Shown piece by piece: positions 7,856-15,945 of a DNA stretch of 32,000 bases (position 1 is the stretch's first letter; each line of letters begins with the position of its first letter). The notes below the pieces were generated by a model that was not told where the DNA came from, did no database searches, and worked only from the letters and a program-made list of their open reading frames with translations. Source of the stretch: an uncultured archaeon (lineage in GTDB: Archaea > Iainarchaeota > Iainarchaeia > Iainarchaeales > 0-14-0-20-30-16); contig CAZMGA010000002.1 in the NCBI GenBank assembly GCA_964565725.1, positions 1-32,000 on the forward strand, given 5' to 3'. The position numbers and the translations under genes are program-made.

Positions 7856-8857
7856 ATGAGTAAGAAAAGTAAGCCACATGCAGGATCAGTGGCATATTAT
7901 CCAAAAAAAAGAGCAGATAGTATTATACCAAAATTTAATAGTTTACCTGTTCCAAAAAGTGAAAATGTACAAATATTGAATTATTATGGTTATAAAGTTG
8001 GTATGTTACATGTAATGGCTATGAACAAACATAAAGGTTCTCCATACAATAATCAAAAAGTAGCTTTACCTTCCACAGTTATTGAATTCCCACCTATAAG
8101 TATATTAGGTGTTAGATTTTATACTAAGAAAAGAAATGCCAATAAAGCCTTGAAAGAATTTATACTTCCTTCTAAAGGAAGTAAATTCTTGTCTAAGAGA
8201 ATAACTGGTATTAATAGAATGAAAGAAAAAGGAGATTTATTAAAATCAATTAATGATTATTTTGAAGAAAATAAAGAAAAAATAACTGATTTGGTTTTAA
8301 TATCACAAACTCATCCTGAAAAAACTACAATAGGTAAAAAGAGCCCTGAAGTAGTAGAATTAAAATTAAGTGGTAAATTAGAAGATAAATTTACTTATTT
8401 TAAAGAACATTTAGGAAAAGATTTAGATATTGAAGATGCTTTTAAAGAAAGTTTATTTGTAGATGTTAAAGGAATAACTATAGGTAAAGGTTTTTCTGGA
8501 ACTATAAAAAGACATGGTATTAAAAGATTAAGTCATAAATCTGAAAAAGGTGTAAGAGGGGTAGGTTCTATTGGTCCTTGGCATCCACCTTTAATTATGA
8601 GTACTGTTCCTAGACCTGGACAATTAGGTTTTTATAATAGAATTGAATTAAATAAAAGAATATTGAAATTTTTACCATCTACTGAAATTAATCCTAAAAG
8701 TGGTTGGGAAGGTTATGGTGTAGTAAAAAATAAAGCAGGAATATTTTCTGGTTCAATACCAGGTCATGTTAAAAGATTAGTTGCTATAAGATATGCTAGT
8801 AGAACTAATAAAATATCCAAGTTAGATATTTCTGAAATTACTAATATAGTATTTTAA
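7856..8857 (+). CDS. rpl3: 50S ribosomal protein L3 (uL3)
   Basis: PHAGSVAYYPKKRA, GKGFSGTIKRHG, GPWHP, GGTG 6 nt upstream, and first gene of the conserved L3-L4-L23-L2 order. Confidence 0.93.
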   Translation: MSKKSKPHAGSVAYYPKKRADSIIPKFNSLPVPKSENVQILNYYGYKVGMLHVMAMNKHKGSPYNNQKVALPSTVIEFPPISILGVRFYTKKRNANKALKEFILPSKGSKFLSKRITGINRMKEKGDLLKSINDYFEENKEKITDLVLISQTHPEKTTIGKKSPEVVELKLSGKLEDKFTYFKEHLGKDLDIEDAFKESLFVDVKGITIGKGFSGTIKRHGIKRLSHKSEKGVRGVGSIGPWHPPLIMSTVPRPGQLGFYNRIELNKRILKFLPSTEINPKSGWEGYGVVKNKAGIFSGSIPGHVKRLVAIRYASRTNKISKLDISEITNIVF

Positions 8858-8867
8858 GGTGTTATAA

Positions 8868-9674
8868 ATGGAAGTAAATGTTTACAAATTAGATGGTTCT
8901 GTAAGTGAGAAAGTAAAATTACCTGAAGTATTTGATTTTCCATACAGACCAAAAATAATAAATAGAGCTGTATTAGCTGCAAATAGTGCAAAAATACAAC
9001 CAAAAGGTGCTTATGCTAATGCTGGTAGAGATACTAGTGCTGTATATTTAGGTAGAAGAGGTAGACCTGATTGTTTAATGAATCAAGGTATTGCTAGAAA
9101 ACCTAGATCAAAAGATAAAAGAAGATTAATTGAAGGTCAAGTAAAAGGAATTTCAGGTGTAGTAAAAGGTCCTAAAGCACACGCTTTAAAACCCCAAGAA
9201 ATTCAAAAAGAAGAAATTAATAGAAAAGAAAAATTATTGGCATTAAAAAGTGCTTTAAGTGCAATAAAAGATGCAATTTTAGTAAAATTAAGAGGTCATA
9301 AATTTGATCCTAAATTAACTTTGCCTGTAATAGTTGTAGATGATTTAGAAACTGTAAAAAAAACTAAAGATGTTGAAAACTTTTTAGTAAAATTAGGTTT
9401 AATAGAAGATATTGAAAGAGCAAAAGATAGAAAGAACATAAGAGCTGGAAAAGGAAAAGCAAGAGGTAGAAAATATAAAAGAGCAAAATCTATTTTATTT
9501 GTAGTTTCCAAAGAGAATTTAACTTTACAAAAATCAGCAAGAAATTTAGAAGGGGTAGATATTGTAGCAGTTAAAAATCTATGTGCTAGAGATTTAGCTC
9601 CTGGTGGATTAGCTGGTAGATTAACTATATTTACTAAAAGCGCAATAAAAAATTTAAATGAAAGAAAAATGTGA
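8868..9674 (+). CDS. rpl4: 50S ribosomal protein L4 (uL4)
   Basis: Synteny after L3, plus AYANAGRDTSAVYLGRRGRP and GKGKARGRKYK. Confidence 0.9.
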   Translation: MEVNVYKLDGSVSEKVKLPEVFDFPYRPKIINRAVLAANSAKIQPKGAYANAGRDTSAVYLGRRGRPDCLMNQGIARKPRSKDKRRLIEGQVKGISGVVKGPKAHALKPQEIQKEEINRKEKLLALKSALSAIKDAILVKLRGHKFDPKLTLPVIVVDDLETVKKTKDVENFLVKLGLIEDIERAKDRKNIRAGKGKARGRKYKRAKSILFVVSKENLTLQKSARNLEGVDIVAVKNLCARDLAPGGLAGRLTIFTKSAIKNLNERKM

Positions 9675-9679
9675 TGGTT

Positions 9680-9940
9680 ATGGAATATTATGATGTAATA
9701 TATTATCCTTTAATTTCTGAAAAAGCAGTAAATATGATAGAAACTGAAAATAAAATTGCTTTTTTAGTTAATAAAGATGCAACAAAATTAGATATAAAAA
9801 AGGCTGTTGAAGATGCATATAAAGTAAAGGTAGATAGTGTAAACATAATTTTAGATACTAAAGGTAATAAAAGAGCATTTGTTAAATTAAATAAACAATT
9901 TAAAGCAAGTGATTTATCTAGTAAATTAGGAATGGTATAA
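9680..9940 (+). CDS. rpl23: 50S ribosomal protein L23 (uL23)
   Basis: YPLISEKAV..ENKIAFLV..KKAVEDAYKVKV. The track start 9671 is GTG inside GTGAT. ATG 9680 has the usual 4-nt spacing, and ATG 9674 is an alternative. Confidence 0.88.
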   Translation: MEYYDVIYYPLISEKAVNMIETENKIAFLVNKDATKLDIKKAVEDAYKVKVDSVNIILDTKGNKRAFVKLNKQFKASDLSSKLGMV

Positions 9941-9970
9941 GTTAATTCATAATTTTTAAAGGTGAAGAAG

Positions 9971-10690
9971 ATGAAAAGATTAAAGATGCAAAGAAGAGGA
10001 AAAGGATCTCCTAGATATATGGCTAAGAAGAATTCCGTTGCAAAAATAAAATATCCTTTTAATTATACTCAAACAGTATTAAATGGAGAAATTGTAGATA
10101 TTGTTCATAATAGTGGAAAAACAGCACCTTTGGCAAATATAGTTTTAGAAAATAATGAAAGTTTTTATATTCCTGCTGGTGAAGGTACTTTTGTAGGCAT
10201 GAAATTTCAAGTAGGAAAAGGTGCAAAAATAAGTTTAGGTAGTATTTTACCTATTGGTGAATTAAAACCAGGTATGCCTATTTATAATTTAGAAAGTAGA
10301 CCAGGAAATGGTGGTAGTTTTTGTAGAGCTGGTGGTGCTTTTAGTGAAGTAATTAGCGTTGAAGAAAATGCAGTTTATGTTAAAATGAAATCAGGTCAAA
10401 AAAGAAAAATTGATCCTAAAAGTTTATGTACTGTAGGAATAGTTTCCTCAGGTAGTAGAACTATAAAACCTTTTTATAAAGCAGGAAATAAAAGTTATTT
10501 TATGGCTGCAAAAGGTGGAAGATTATATCCTAGTGTAAGAGGTTATGCAATGAATGCAGTAGATCACCCACATGGTGGATCTGGACATAACTCTCCTGGT
10601 AGACAAAAACCACATTCTAAGAAATTTGGTGCACCAGGTCAAAAAGTTGGACACTTTGGTTCTAAAAAAACAGGTAGAAAAAAGAAGTAG
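9971..10690 (+). CDS. rpl2: 50S ribosomal protein L2 (uL2)
   Basis: MKRLKMQRRGKGSP and HPHGGSGHNSPG. The track start 9962 is the GTG of AAAGGTGA. Confidence 0.93.
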   Translation: MKRLKMQRRGKGSPRYMAKKNSVAKIKYPFNYTQTVLNGEIVDIVHNSGKTAPLANIVLENNESFYIPAGEGTFVGMKFQVGKGAKISLGSILPIGELKPGMPIYNLESRPGNGGSFCRAGGAFSEVISVEENAVYVKMKSGQKRKIDPKSLCTVGIVSSGSRTIKPFYKAGNKSYFMAAKGGRLYPSVRGYAMNAVDHPHGGSGHNSPGRQKPHSKKFGAPGQKVGHFGSKKTGRKKK

Positions 10691-10705
10691 AATTGGTGAG
10701 ATTTT

Positions 10706-11098
10706 ATGGTTAAAGATTTTAAGTATAGAGGATTGTCTTTAGAAGAATTAGCAAAAAAAAGTAATAATGATTTAGAAAAAGTATTAAATGCAAGAGCAAG
10801 AAGATCATTAAAAAGAGTTAAAGATTATCCTAAAAAAGTAATAAGAGCTATTGACGCTAATGTTTTAGGAAAAGAAACAAAAATAGTAAAAACTCATAGA
10901 AGAGATATTTTAGTTCTTCCAAAAATGGTTGGTTTAAAATTTTCTGTATATGATGGAAAAGAATTTGTACCTATTACGATAGTTGATGAAATGATTGGTT
11001 TTTATTTAGGTGAATTTATAGATACTAGAAAAAGACCTAAGCACAGTAAAGCTGGAATTGGTGCAACTAAATCTTCAAAGCACACTGCTAAGAAGTAA
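10706..11098 (+). CDS. rps19: 30S ribosomal protein S19 (uS19)
   Basis: FKYRGLSLEEL, ARARRSLKR, VYDGKEFVPI, and GGTGAG upstream. Confidence 0.92.
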   Translation: MVKDFKYRGLSLEELAKKSNNDLEKVLNARARRSLKRVKDYPKKVIRAIDANVLGKETKIVKTHRRDILVLPKMVGLKFSVYDGKEFVPITIVDEMIGFYLGEFIDTRKRPKHSKAGIGATKSSKHTAKK

Positions 11099-11110
11099 AT
11101 GGTGATTATA

Positions 11111-11731
11111 ATGACTACATATTACAAAATAAAAGATAAAGATGCTTATGCAAAAGCAAATAATTGTTCAATATCTATGAAATATTCTGTAGAATTAGCT
11201 AGAGAAATAAAAAATAAACCATATAATAAAATAGTTAAATATTTAGAAAATATAATAGATTTGAAAACACATTTGCCATTAAGAAGATATAATAGAGATG
11301 TAGCACATAGAAAAGGACCAGCATTAAGTGGTGTAAAATCTGGTAGATATCCTGTTAAAACTGCAAAATATTTTTTAAAGGTTTTAGAATCTGCAAAAGC
11401 AAATGCTGATTATAAAGGATTAGAATCTACAAAAAAAGATTTAATAATAAAAGGTGCTGTAGTATCTCAAGGTGTAAAAAGATATAGTTTTCAAACACAA
11501 GGAAGAAGAAGATTAAGAAGAAAACAAACTGTAAATATAGAAATTGTTTTAACTAATCAAGGAAAATATGTTAAAAAAATAGATACTAAAAAAACTTCTG
11601 AAAAACCTAAAGAAATAAAACCAGAAGTAAATAATGTTAAAGCTGAAACTAATGTTGTACTTAAAAAAGAAGAAAAAGTTATAACAAAAGTTAAAGCTGA
11701 AAAGAAAGAGGAAAATAAAAATAAAAAGTGA
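11111..11731 (+). CDS. rpl22: 50S ribosomal protein L22 (uL22) with a Lys-rich C-terminal tail of about 55 aa
   Basis: Synteny, plus ISMKYSVELAREIKNKP...YLENII and RRYNRDVAHRKG. ATG 11099 overlaps GGTGAT, so ATG 11111 is preferred. Confidence 0.88.
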   Translation: MTTYYKIKDKDAYAKANNCSISMKYSVELAREIKNKPYNKIVKYLENIIDLKTHLPLRRYNRDVAHRKGPALSGVKSGRYPVKTAKYFLKVLESAKANADYKGLESTKKDLIIKGAVVSQGVKRYSFQTQGRRRLRRKQTVNIEIVLTNQGKYVKKIDTKKTSEKPKEIKPEVNNVKAETNVVLKKEEKVITKVKAEKKEENKNKK

Positions 11732-11736
11732 TTTTA

Positions 11737-12675
11737 ATGATAGAAAAATACTTTGTAAAGCAATCATTTAAAAAAATTGATTTAGAAAGATTTTTTGCAA
11801 AACATTTTGCAAAAGCAGGATTCAATAGTTTATCTATAATTAAAACTCCAGTATCAACTAGATTAGTAATATCTGTTGCAAAACCAGGTATAGCTATTGG
11901 TTATAGTGGAAAAACAATAAAAGGTATAGGTAAAATGATTGAAGAAAAATATGATATAAAAAATCCACAAATAGAAATAAAAAGTGTAGAAGATCCTGAA
12001 TATAATGTAAAATATATTGTTCAAAATATAGTAAAGGATTTGGAAAGAGGCCAAAATTGGAAATCCGTAGCTTTTAGAGCTGTGAAAATGTTATCTGATT
12101 TACCAATTATGGGTTTTGAATTAATATTTAAAGGTAAATTAATGTCTAAAGGTGGACGAAAAATGAAATATAGATTTATTAATGGTTATTTAAAAACTGT
12201 TGGTAATCAAACAAAATTAGTAAAATTTGCAATGGCTGGGGCAAGTACAAAATCTGGTGTTATTGGTGTAAGATTAAGATTGGTACCACCTAATGTTTTA
12301 TTCCCTGATAAAGTTGGTGAAAAAGAAATAAAAGAAGCTATTGAAAAAAAAGTAATTGTTGAAGTTGAAAAAGAAGGTTCTAAAGAAAAAGAAATAATTG
12401 ATATTAAAACTATAGAAAAAGAAGTAAAAAACAAAGAAGAAAAAAATAATGAAGATATTAAACCTAAAAAAGTAAAATCTTCAGAAATAAAAACTTCTAA
12501 AGAAAATATTGAAAAAAAAGTAGTTAAAGAAAAAGAAACAAAAGATAAAAAAGAAAAAGACAAAGAAGAAGTAAAAGAACAAAACAATTCAAATGATGTG
12601 GAAAAACCAAAAGAAATTTCAAAATCTAAAAAAGTTGTAGAAAAAAAAGAAAAAACAACAAAAAAAGATAAGTGA
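11737..12675 (+). CDS. rps3: 30S ribosomal protein S3 (uS3) with a K/E-rich C-terminal tail of about 110 aa
   Basis: KH-domain region VAKPGIAIGYSGKTIK, then FKGKLMSKGGRKMKY. The track start 11728 is the GTG of GTGAT, which also contains the rpl22 stop. Confidence 0.9.
   Translation: MIEKYFVKQSFKKIDLERFFAKHFAKAGFNSLSIIKTPVSTRLVISVAKPGIAIGYSGKTIKGIGKMIEEKYDIKNPQIEIKSVEDPEYNVKYIVQNIVKDLERGQNWKSVAFRAVKMLSDLPIMGFELIFKGKLMSKGGRKMKYRFINGYLKTVGNQTKLVKFAMAGASTKSGVIGVRLRLVPPNVLFPDKVGEKEIKEAIEKKVIVEVEKEGSKEKEIIDIKTIEKEVKNKEEKNNEDIKPKKVKSSEIKTSKENIEKKVVKEKETKDKKEKDKEEVKEQNNSNDVEKPKEISKSKKVVEKKEKTTKKDK
12607..12651 (+). repeat. Copy 1 of a 45-nt direct repeat, in the rps3 tail
   Basis: CCAAAAGAAATTTCAAAATCTAAAAAAGTTGTAGAAAAAAAAGAA encoding PKEISKSKKVVEKKE. 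Confidence 0.9.
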
Positions 12676-12680
12676 TTATT

Positions 12681-12980
12681 ATGAGTAAAAAAAGATCAAA
12701 AGAATTTAGAGAAATGGGTGTTGAAGAATTAAAAAATAAAATTAAGGAATTAAAAGCAAATTATTCTAAAGATATTGTAAAATTAAAAACAGGTGCTCAT
12801 GAAAATAAAGCTATAAAATTAAGTAATGAAAGAAGAAAAGTTGCGAGAGCATTAACAATATTAAATGAAAAAGAAAATCCTAAAATACAACCAAAAGAAA
12901 TTTCAAAATCTAAAAAAGTAGTAGAAAAAAAAGAAGTTGTAAAAAAAGTAAAAGAAGTAAAAAAAGAAAAAAATAAGTGA
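12681..12980 (+). CDS. rpl29: 50S ribosomal protein L29 (uL29) with a Lys-rich C-terminal tail of about 30 aa
   Basis: EFREMGVEELKNKIKELKANY...RKVARALTILNEK, with synteny after S3. The track start 12672 lies in GTGAT. Confidence 0.88.
   Translation: MSKKRSKEFREMGVEELKNKIKELKANYSKDIVKLKTGAHENKAIKLSNERRKVARALTILNEKENPKIQPKEISKSKKVVEKKEVVKKVKEVKKEKNK
12891..12935 (+). repeat. Copy 2 of the 45-nt direct repeat, in the rpl29 tail
   Basis: 44/45 identical to 12607-12651 (T to A at 12920), in frame, encoding the same 15-aa peptide. Confidence 0.9.
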
Positions 12981-12988
12981 ATTAAGTT

Positions 12989-13288
12989 ATGGTTGAAATT
13001 TGTAATATATGTGGTTTACCAAAAGACATCTGTGTATGTCAAAAAATAAGTACAGAACAAAGAAAATTGAATATTTTTGAAAAACATGTTAGAGGTCCAA
13101 TATTTATAACTATTGTTAATGGTGTTGAGGATCAAAAAGAATTAGAAGATCTTTTAAAAGATTTAAAGAAAAAATTAGCATGTGGTGGAACATTAAAAAA
13201 AGATGAAATTGTTTTACAAGGAAAACATAAAAAGAAAATAGTAAATTACCTTTTGGAGAAAGGTTATGATGAATCGCAAATATCCTAA
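12989..13288 (+). CDS. Translation initiation factor aIF1 (SUI1 family) with N-terminal CxxC...CxC knuckle
   Basis: CNICGLPKDICVC, GVEDQKELEDLLKDLKKKLACGGTLK, and the conserved position between L29 and Rpp29. Confidence 0.88.
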   Translation: MVEICNICGLPKDICVCQKISTEQRKLNIFEKHVRGPIFITIVNGVEDQKELEDLLKDLKKKLACGGTLKKDEIVLQGKHKKKIVNYLLEKGYDESQIS

Positions 13289-13529
13289 AGAAACATTAAC
13301 AATGATTTATTTAGGTAAGAATATATCAGTAAGTAAAAGTTCTGATAAATCTAAAGAAAATATTTGTGGTATTGTTTTGAAAGAAACAAAAAATATGTTT
13401 TTTATAAAAACAAATAATGATGTAAAAAAGATTCCTAAAAAGGAATGTTTATTTAAAATTGAAAATTATGAAATAGAGGGAAAAGATATTTGTTATACAT
13501 TAGCAGATAGAATAAAAAAATATGCTTAG
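13266..13529 (+). CDS. rnp1: RNase P protein component 1 (Rpp29/Pop4), short form
   Basis: YLGKNISVSKSSDKSKENICGIVLKETKNMFFIKT...KKIPKKECLFKI fits the Rpp29 barrel pattern, with synteny between aIF1 and S17. It overlaps aIF1 by 23 nt, and the start is uncertain among 13266, 13269 and 13302. Confidence 0.75.
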   Translation: MMNRKYPKETLTMIYLGKNISVSKSSDKSKENICGIVLKETKNMFFIKTNNDVKKIPKKECLFKIENYEIEGKDICYTLADRIKKYA

Positions 13530-13537
13530 GTGATTTG

Positions 13538-13810
13538 ATGGTTGTATATCCAATAAGAGGAACTGTATTTGAAGCAACAGTAATAAGACAAAAAACACCA
13601 AAAACTGTTGTAGTTAAAAGAGATATTGTAAAATATATTCCTAAATTTGAAAGAAATTTAATAAAAACTGCAAAATATGCAGTTCATTTACCTGAAGAAA
13701 TAAGTGTAAATGTTGGTGATTTAGTAATGGTTGGAGAAACTAGAAAAATAAGTAAAACAAAGAATTTTGTAATTATGTCAAAAGTAGAAAAAAAAGGTGA
13801 CAAAAAATGA
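13538..13810 (+). CDS. rps17: 30S ribosomal protein S17 (uS17)
   Basis: RGTVFEATVIRQKTPKTVVVKRD...GDLVMVGETRKISKTKNF, with GGTGAT at 13529-13534. Confidence 0.92.
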   Translation: MVVYPIRGTVFEATVIRQKTPKTVVVKRDIVKYIPKFERNLIKTAKYAVHLPEEISVNVGDLVMVGETRKISKTKNFVIMSKVEKKGDKK

Positions 13811-14205
13811 AAGCTATGAGTTCAACTTCAATTAAAGGTTTAGTATTAAATTCTACTCTGGATTGTACTGATAACACTGGTGCAAAAGAAGTATATATTA
13901 TAAGTGTATTTGGTCATAAAACTAGAAAATGTCAAATTCCTAGTGCTGGTATTGGGGATGTAATAAATGTTATAGTTTTAAAAGGAAAACCAGAAATGAA
14001 AAAAAAGAAATTTAAAGCAGTAATTGTAAGAAGTAAAAGTGGTATGAAAAGAGTTAATGGTACAAAATTAAAATTTGATACTAACGCATGTGTAATAATA
14101 GATAACGAAGGTGTACCAAAATCTAGTGAAGTAAAAGGTACTGTACCAAAAGAAGTAGGAGAAAGATTCCCTAAAGTAGTGGGTAGAGCTGCTTACGTAA
14201 TATAG
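13807..14205 (+). CDS. rpl14: 50S ribosomal protein L14 (uL14)
   Basis: LDCTDNTGAKEVYIISV...GDVINVIV, with ATGA overlap with the rps17 stop. Confidence 0.93.
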   Translation: MKAMSSTSIKGLVLNSTLDCTDNTGAKEVYIISVFGHKTRKCQIPSAGIGDVINVIVLKGKPEMKKKKFKAVIVRSKSGMKRVNGTKLKFDTNACVIIDNEGVPKSSEVKGTVPKEVGERFPKVVGRAAYVI

Positions 14206-14215
14206 AGTGATATTT

Positions 14216-14539
14216 ATGGTTATTAAAAAAGAAGAATTACATATTTTGAGAAAAACAATCTGTGGGCATTTATCAAAAGAATTAAGAGAAAAATACAAAA
14301 AAAGAGCTATGCCTATTAGAAAAGGAGATACAGTAATAATATTAACTGGTAAATATAGTAAAAAATCAGGTAAAGTTATGGAAGTAAATGCCAAAGGATT
14401 TATTTTGGTAGAAAACATACAAATAAGTAAAAAAGATGGTAAAACTGTGCCTGTAAAAATACAACCTTCTAATGTACTTTTAACTGAATTATATAAAGAT
14501 GATGAAAGAAGATTCAAACATATTACCAAGGTGATTTAA
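14216..14539 (+). CDS. rpl24: 50S ribosomal protein L24 (uL24)
   Basis: KOW-like MPIRKGDTVIILTGKYSKKSGKVMEV. The track start 14207 is the GTG of GTGAT. Confidence 0.9.
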   Translation: MVIKKEELHILRKTICGHLSKELREKYKKRAMPIRKGDTVIILTGKYSKKSGKVMEVNAKGFILVENIQISKKDGKTVPVKIQPSNVLLTELYKDDERRFKHITKVI

Positions 14540-15250
14540 ATGGCAAATAAAACAGGTAAAAATCGTCAAAAAAGAATAAGTTATATAGGTAAAGCAAGAA
14601 TAAATAAAAAAGAAAGTGTTTGGGCATTTAAAACAAGACCTGGAGCACATGCAAAAAATATGAGTGCAACTTTCGCAAATGTAATTAGAGATATTTTAAA
14701 ACTTGCACAAAATACAAGAGAAGTAAAATATATTTTGAATAATAAAAATTGTTTAGTTAATGGATCAAGAGTAAAAGATTATAAATTTTCTATTGGCTTG
14801 TTTGATATTATTGAATTTAAAGATGTTGATAAAGTATATAGAGTAATTTTTAATTCACATGATAAAATAGAATTGTTAGAATTATCTAAAGAAGATAAAT
14901 TAATTAGACCTTGTAGAATTACTAAAAAGAAAATAATTGGTAAAGATAAAATACAAGTTGGTTTTGGAAACGGATTTAATTGGATATTACCAAAAGGTAA
15001 AAATGTGAAATTAGGTGATACTGTTATTTACGATGTTTCTAAAAAAGAATTTACTGATATATTAGAAATGAAAGAAAATGTTAAGACTTATATTTTTGGA
15101 GGTCCTCATGTAAGTAAAATGGGTACTTTAAAAAATATAGTTAAAGGTGATTTGAGAAAATCAAGTGAAATTACAATTGAGTCTAAAGGTAAAGATTTGA
15201 AAACTATGGAAAAATATGTTTTTGCAATACCTAATGATTTTTTGAATTAA
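14540..15250 (+). CDS. rps4e: 30S ribosomal protein S4e (eS4)
   Basis: WAFKTRPGAHA, LAQNTREVKYIL, VNGSRVKDYKFSIGLFDII, and synteny. Confidence 0.92.
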   Translation: MANKTGKNRQKRISYIGKARINKKESVWAFKTRPGAHAKNMSATFANVIRDILKLAQNTREVKYILNNKNCLVNGSRVKDYKFSIGLFDIIEFKDVDKVYRVIFNSHDKIELLELSKEDKLIRPCRITKKKIIGKDKIQVGFGNGFNWILPKGKNVKLGDTVIYDVSKKEFTDILEMKENVKTYIFGGPHVSKMGTLKNIVKGDLRKSSEITIESKGKDLKTMEKYVFAIPNDFLN

Positions 15251-15264
15251 TTAAGTGATATTTT

Positions 15265-15792
15265 ATGGCTAATGAAAAAGTAAAAGAAAATCCAATGAAA
15301 GAAATAGAAATTGATAAAGTTGTTGTGCATATTTGTACTGGTGAAACTGGTCAAAAATTAGATAATGCTAAAAAAATATTAACTCTTTTGACTAATAGAA
15401 AACCAATTGAAACTATGTCAAAAACAAAGTTGCCTAAATGGGGTTTAAGACCTGGTATTCCTATAGGTATAAAAATAACTTTAAGAAAAAAAGAAGCAGA
15501 AGAATTTTTGAAAAAAACATTAGATGCAAAATCTTTTACATTGAATAAAAGATGTTTAGATAAAAATGGTAATTTTGCATTTGGAATTGCAGAACATATT
15601 GATATTAAAGGTATGAAATATGATCCTAAAATAGGTATTTATGGTTTTGATGTAATAGTATCTATGAAAAGAAAAGGATTTAGAATAAAATATAGAAAAT
15701 TAAAAAGATTACCTTTAAATGAAAGTATGAAAATTAGTAAAGATGAAACAATAAATTTCTTAACTAAAAAATATGGTGTAAAATTTAATTAA
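15265..15792 (+). CDS. rpl5: 50S ribosomal protein L5 (uL5)
   Basis: NPMKEIEIDKVVVHICTGE, NFAFGIAEHIDI, YDPKIGIYGFDV. Confidence 0.93.
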   Translation: MANEKVKENPMKEIEIDKVVVHICTGETGQKLDNAKKILTLLTNRKPIETMSKTKLPKWGLRPGIPIGIKITLRKKEAEEFLKKTLDAKSFTLNKRCLDKNGNFAFGIAEHIDIKGMKYDPKIGIYGFDVIVSMKRKGFRIKYRKLKRLPLNESMKISKDETINFLTKKYGVKFN

Positions 15793-15800
15793 GTGATATT

Positions 15801-15935
15801 ATGAAAGATAATAGAAAAGTAGTATGTAAATTTTGTGGTTCTGGTAAAGCTATTGTTAGAAAATATGATTTATATCTTTGTAGAAGATGTTTTAAAGATA
15901 ATGCAGAAGCTTTAGGATTCCAAAAACTTGAGTGA
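15801..15935 (+). CDS. rps14: 30S ribosomal protein S14, zinc type (uS14)
   Basis: Not in the ORF track. Hand translation gives the 44-aa MKDNRKVVCKFCGSGKAIVRKYDLYLCRRCFKDNAEALGFQKLE with CxxC...CxxC. GTGAT lies upstream at 15793-15797, in the exact L5-S14-S8 position. Confidence 0.9.
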   Translation: MKDNRKVVCKFCGSGKAIVRKYDLYLCRRCFKDNAEALGFQKLE

Positions 15936-15945
15936 GGTGTAAAAT

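Noticed and set aside
7825-7863. 12-codon upstream ORF (MKYIVYKGVKDE) overlapping the rpl3 start
   Set aside because: It has no SD, is trivially short in AT-rich sequence, and has nothing to distinguish it from chance. It is mentioned only as a possible leader-peptide candidate if the long 5' UTR is confirmed.
9296-9511. 71-aa minus-strand ORF
   Set aside because: It is antisense to rpl4, a well-supported gene, with no independent signal.
11549-12054. Minus-strand ORFs 11549-11767 and 11863-12054
   Set aside because: They are antisense to rpl22 and rps3, have Phe/Ile/Tyr-rich nonsense composition, and lack SDs.
12207-12587. 126-aa minus-strand ORF
   Set aside because: It is antisense to the K/E-rich rps3 tail, where AAA/GAA codons read as TTT/TTC on the other strand, giving an F/S/L-rich product. 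It is an artefact of low-complexity sense coding.
12316-12980. Possible tandem-repeat or CRISPR-like array in the A-rich region
   Set aside because: There is no regular repeat-spacer periodicity. The region is continuous in-frame K/E-rich coding sequence, and only the single 45-nt duplication is a genuine repeat.
14068-14529. 153-aa minus-strand ORF, long for an AT-rich genome
   Set aside because: It lies fully antisense to rpl14 and rpl24. Its F/L/S/Y-rich product is what the complement of Lys/Glu/Gly-rich purine codons gives. It has no SD and no recognisable motif.
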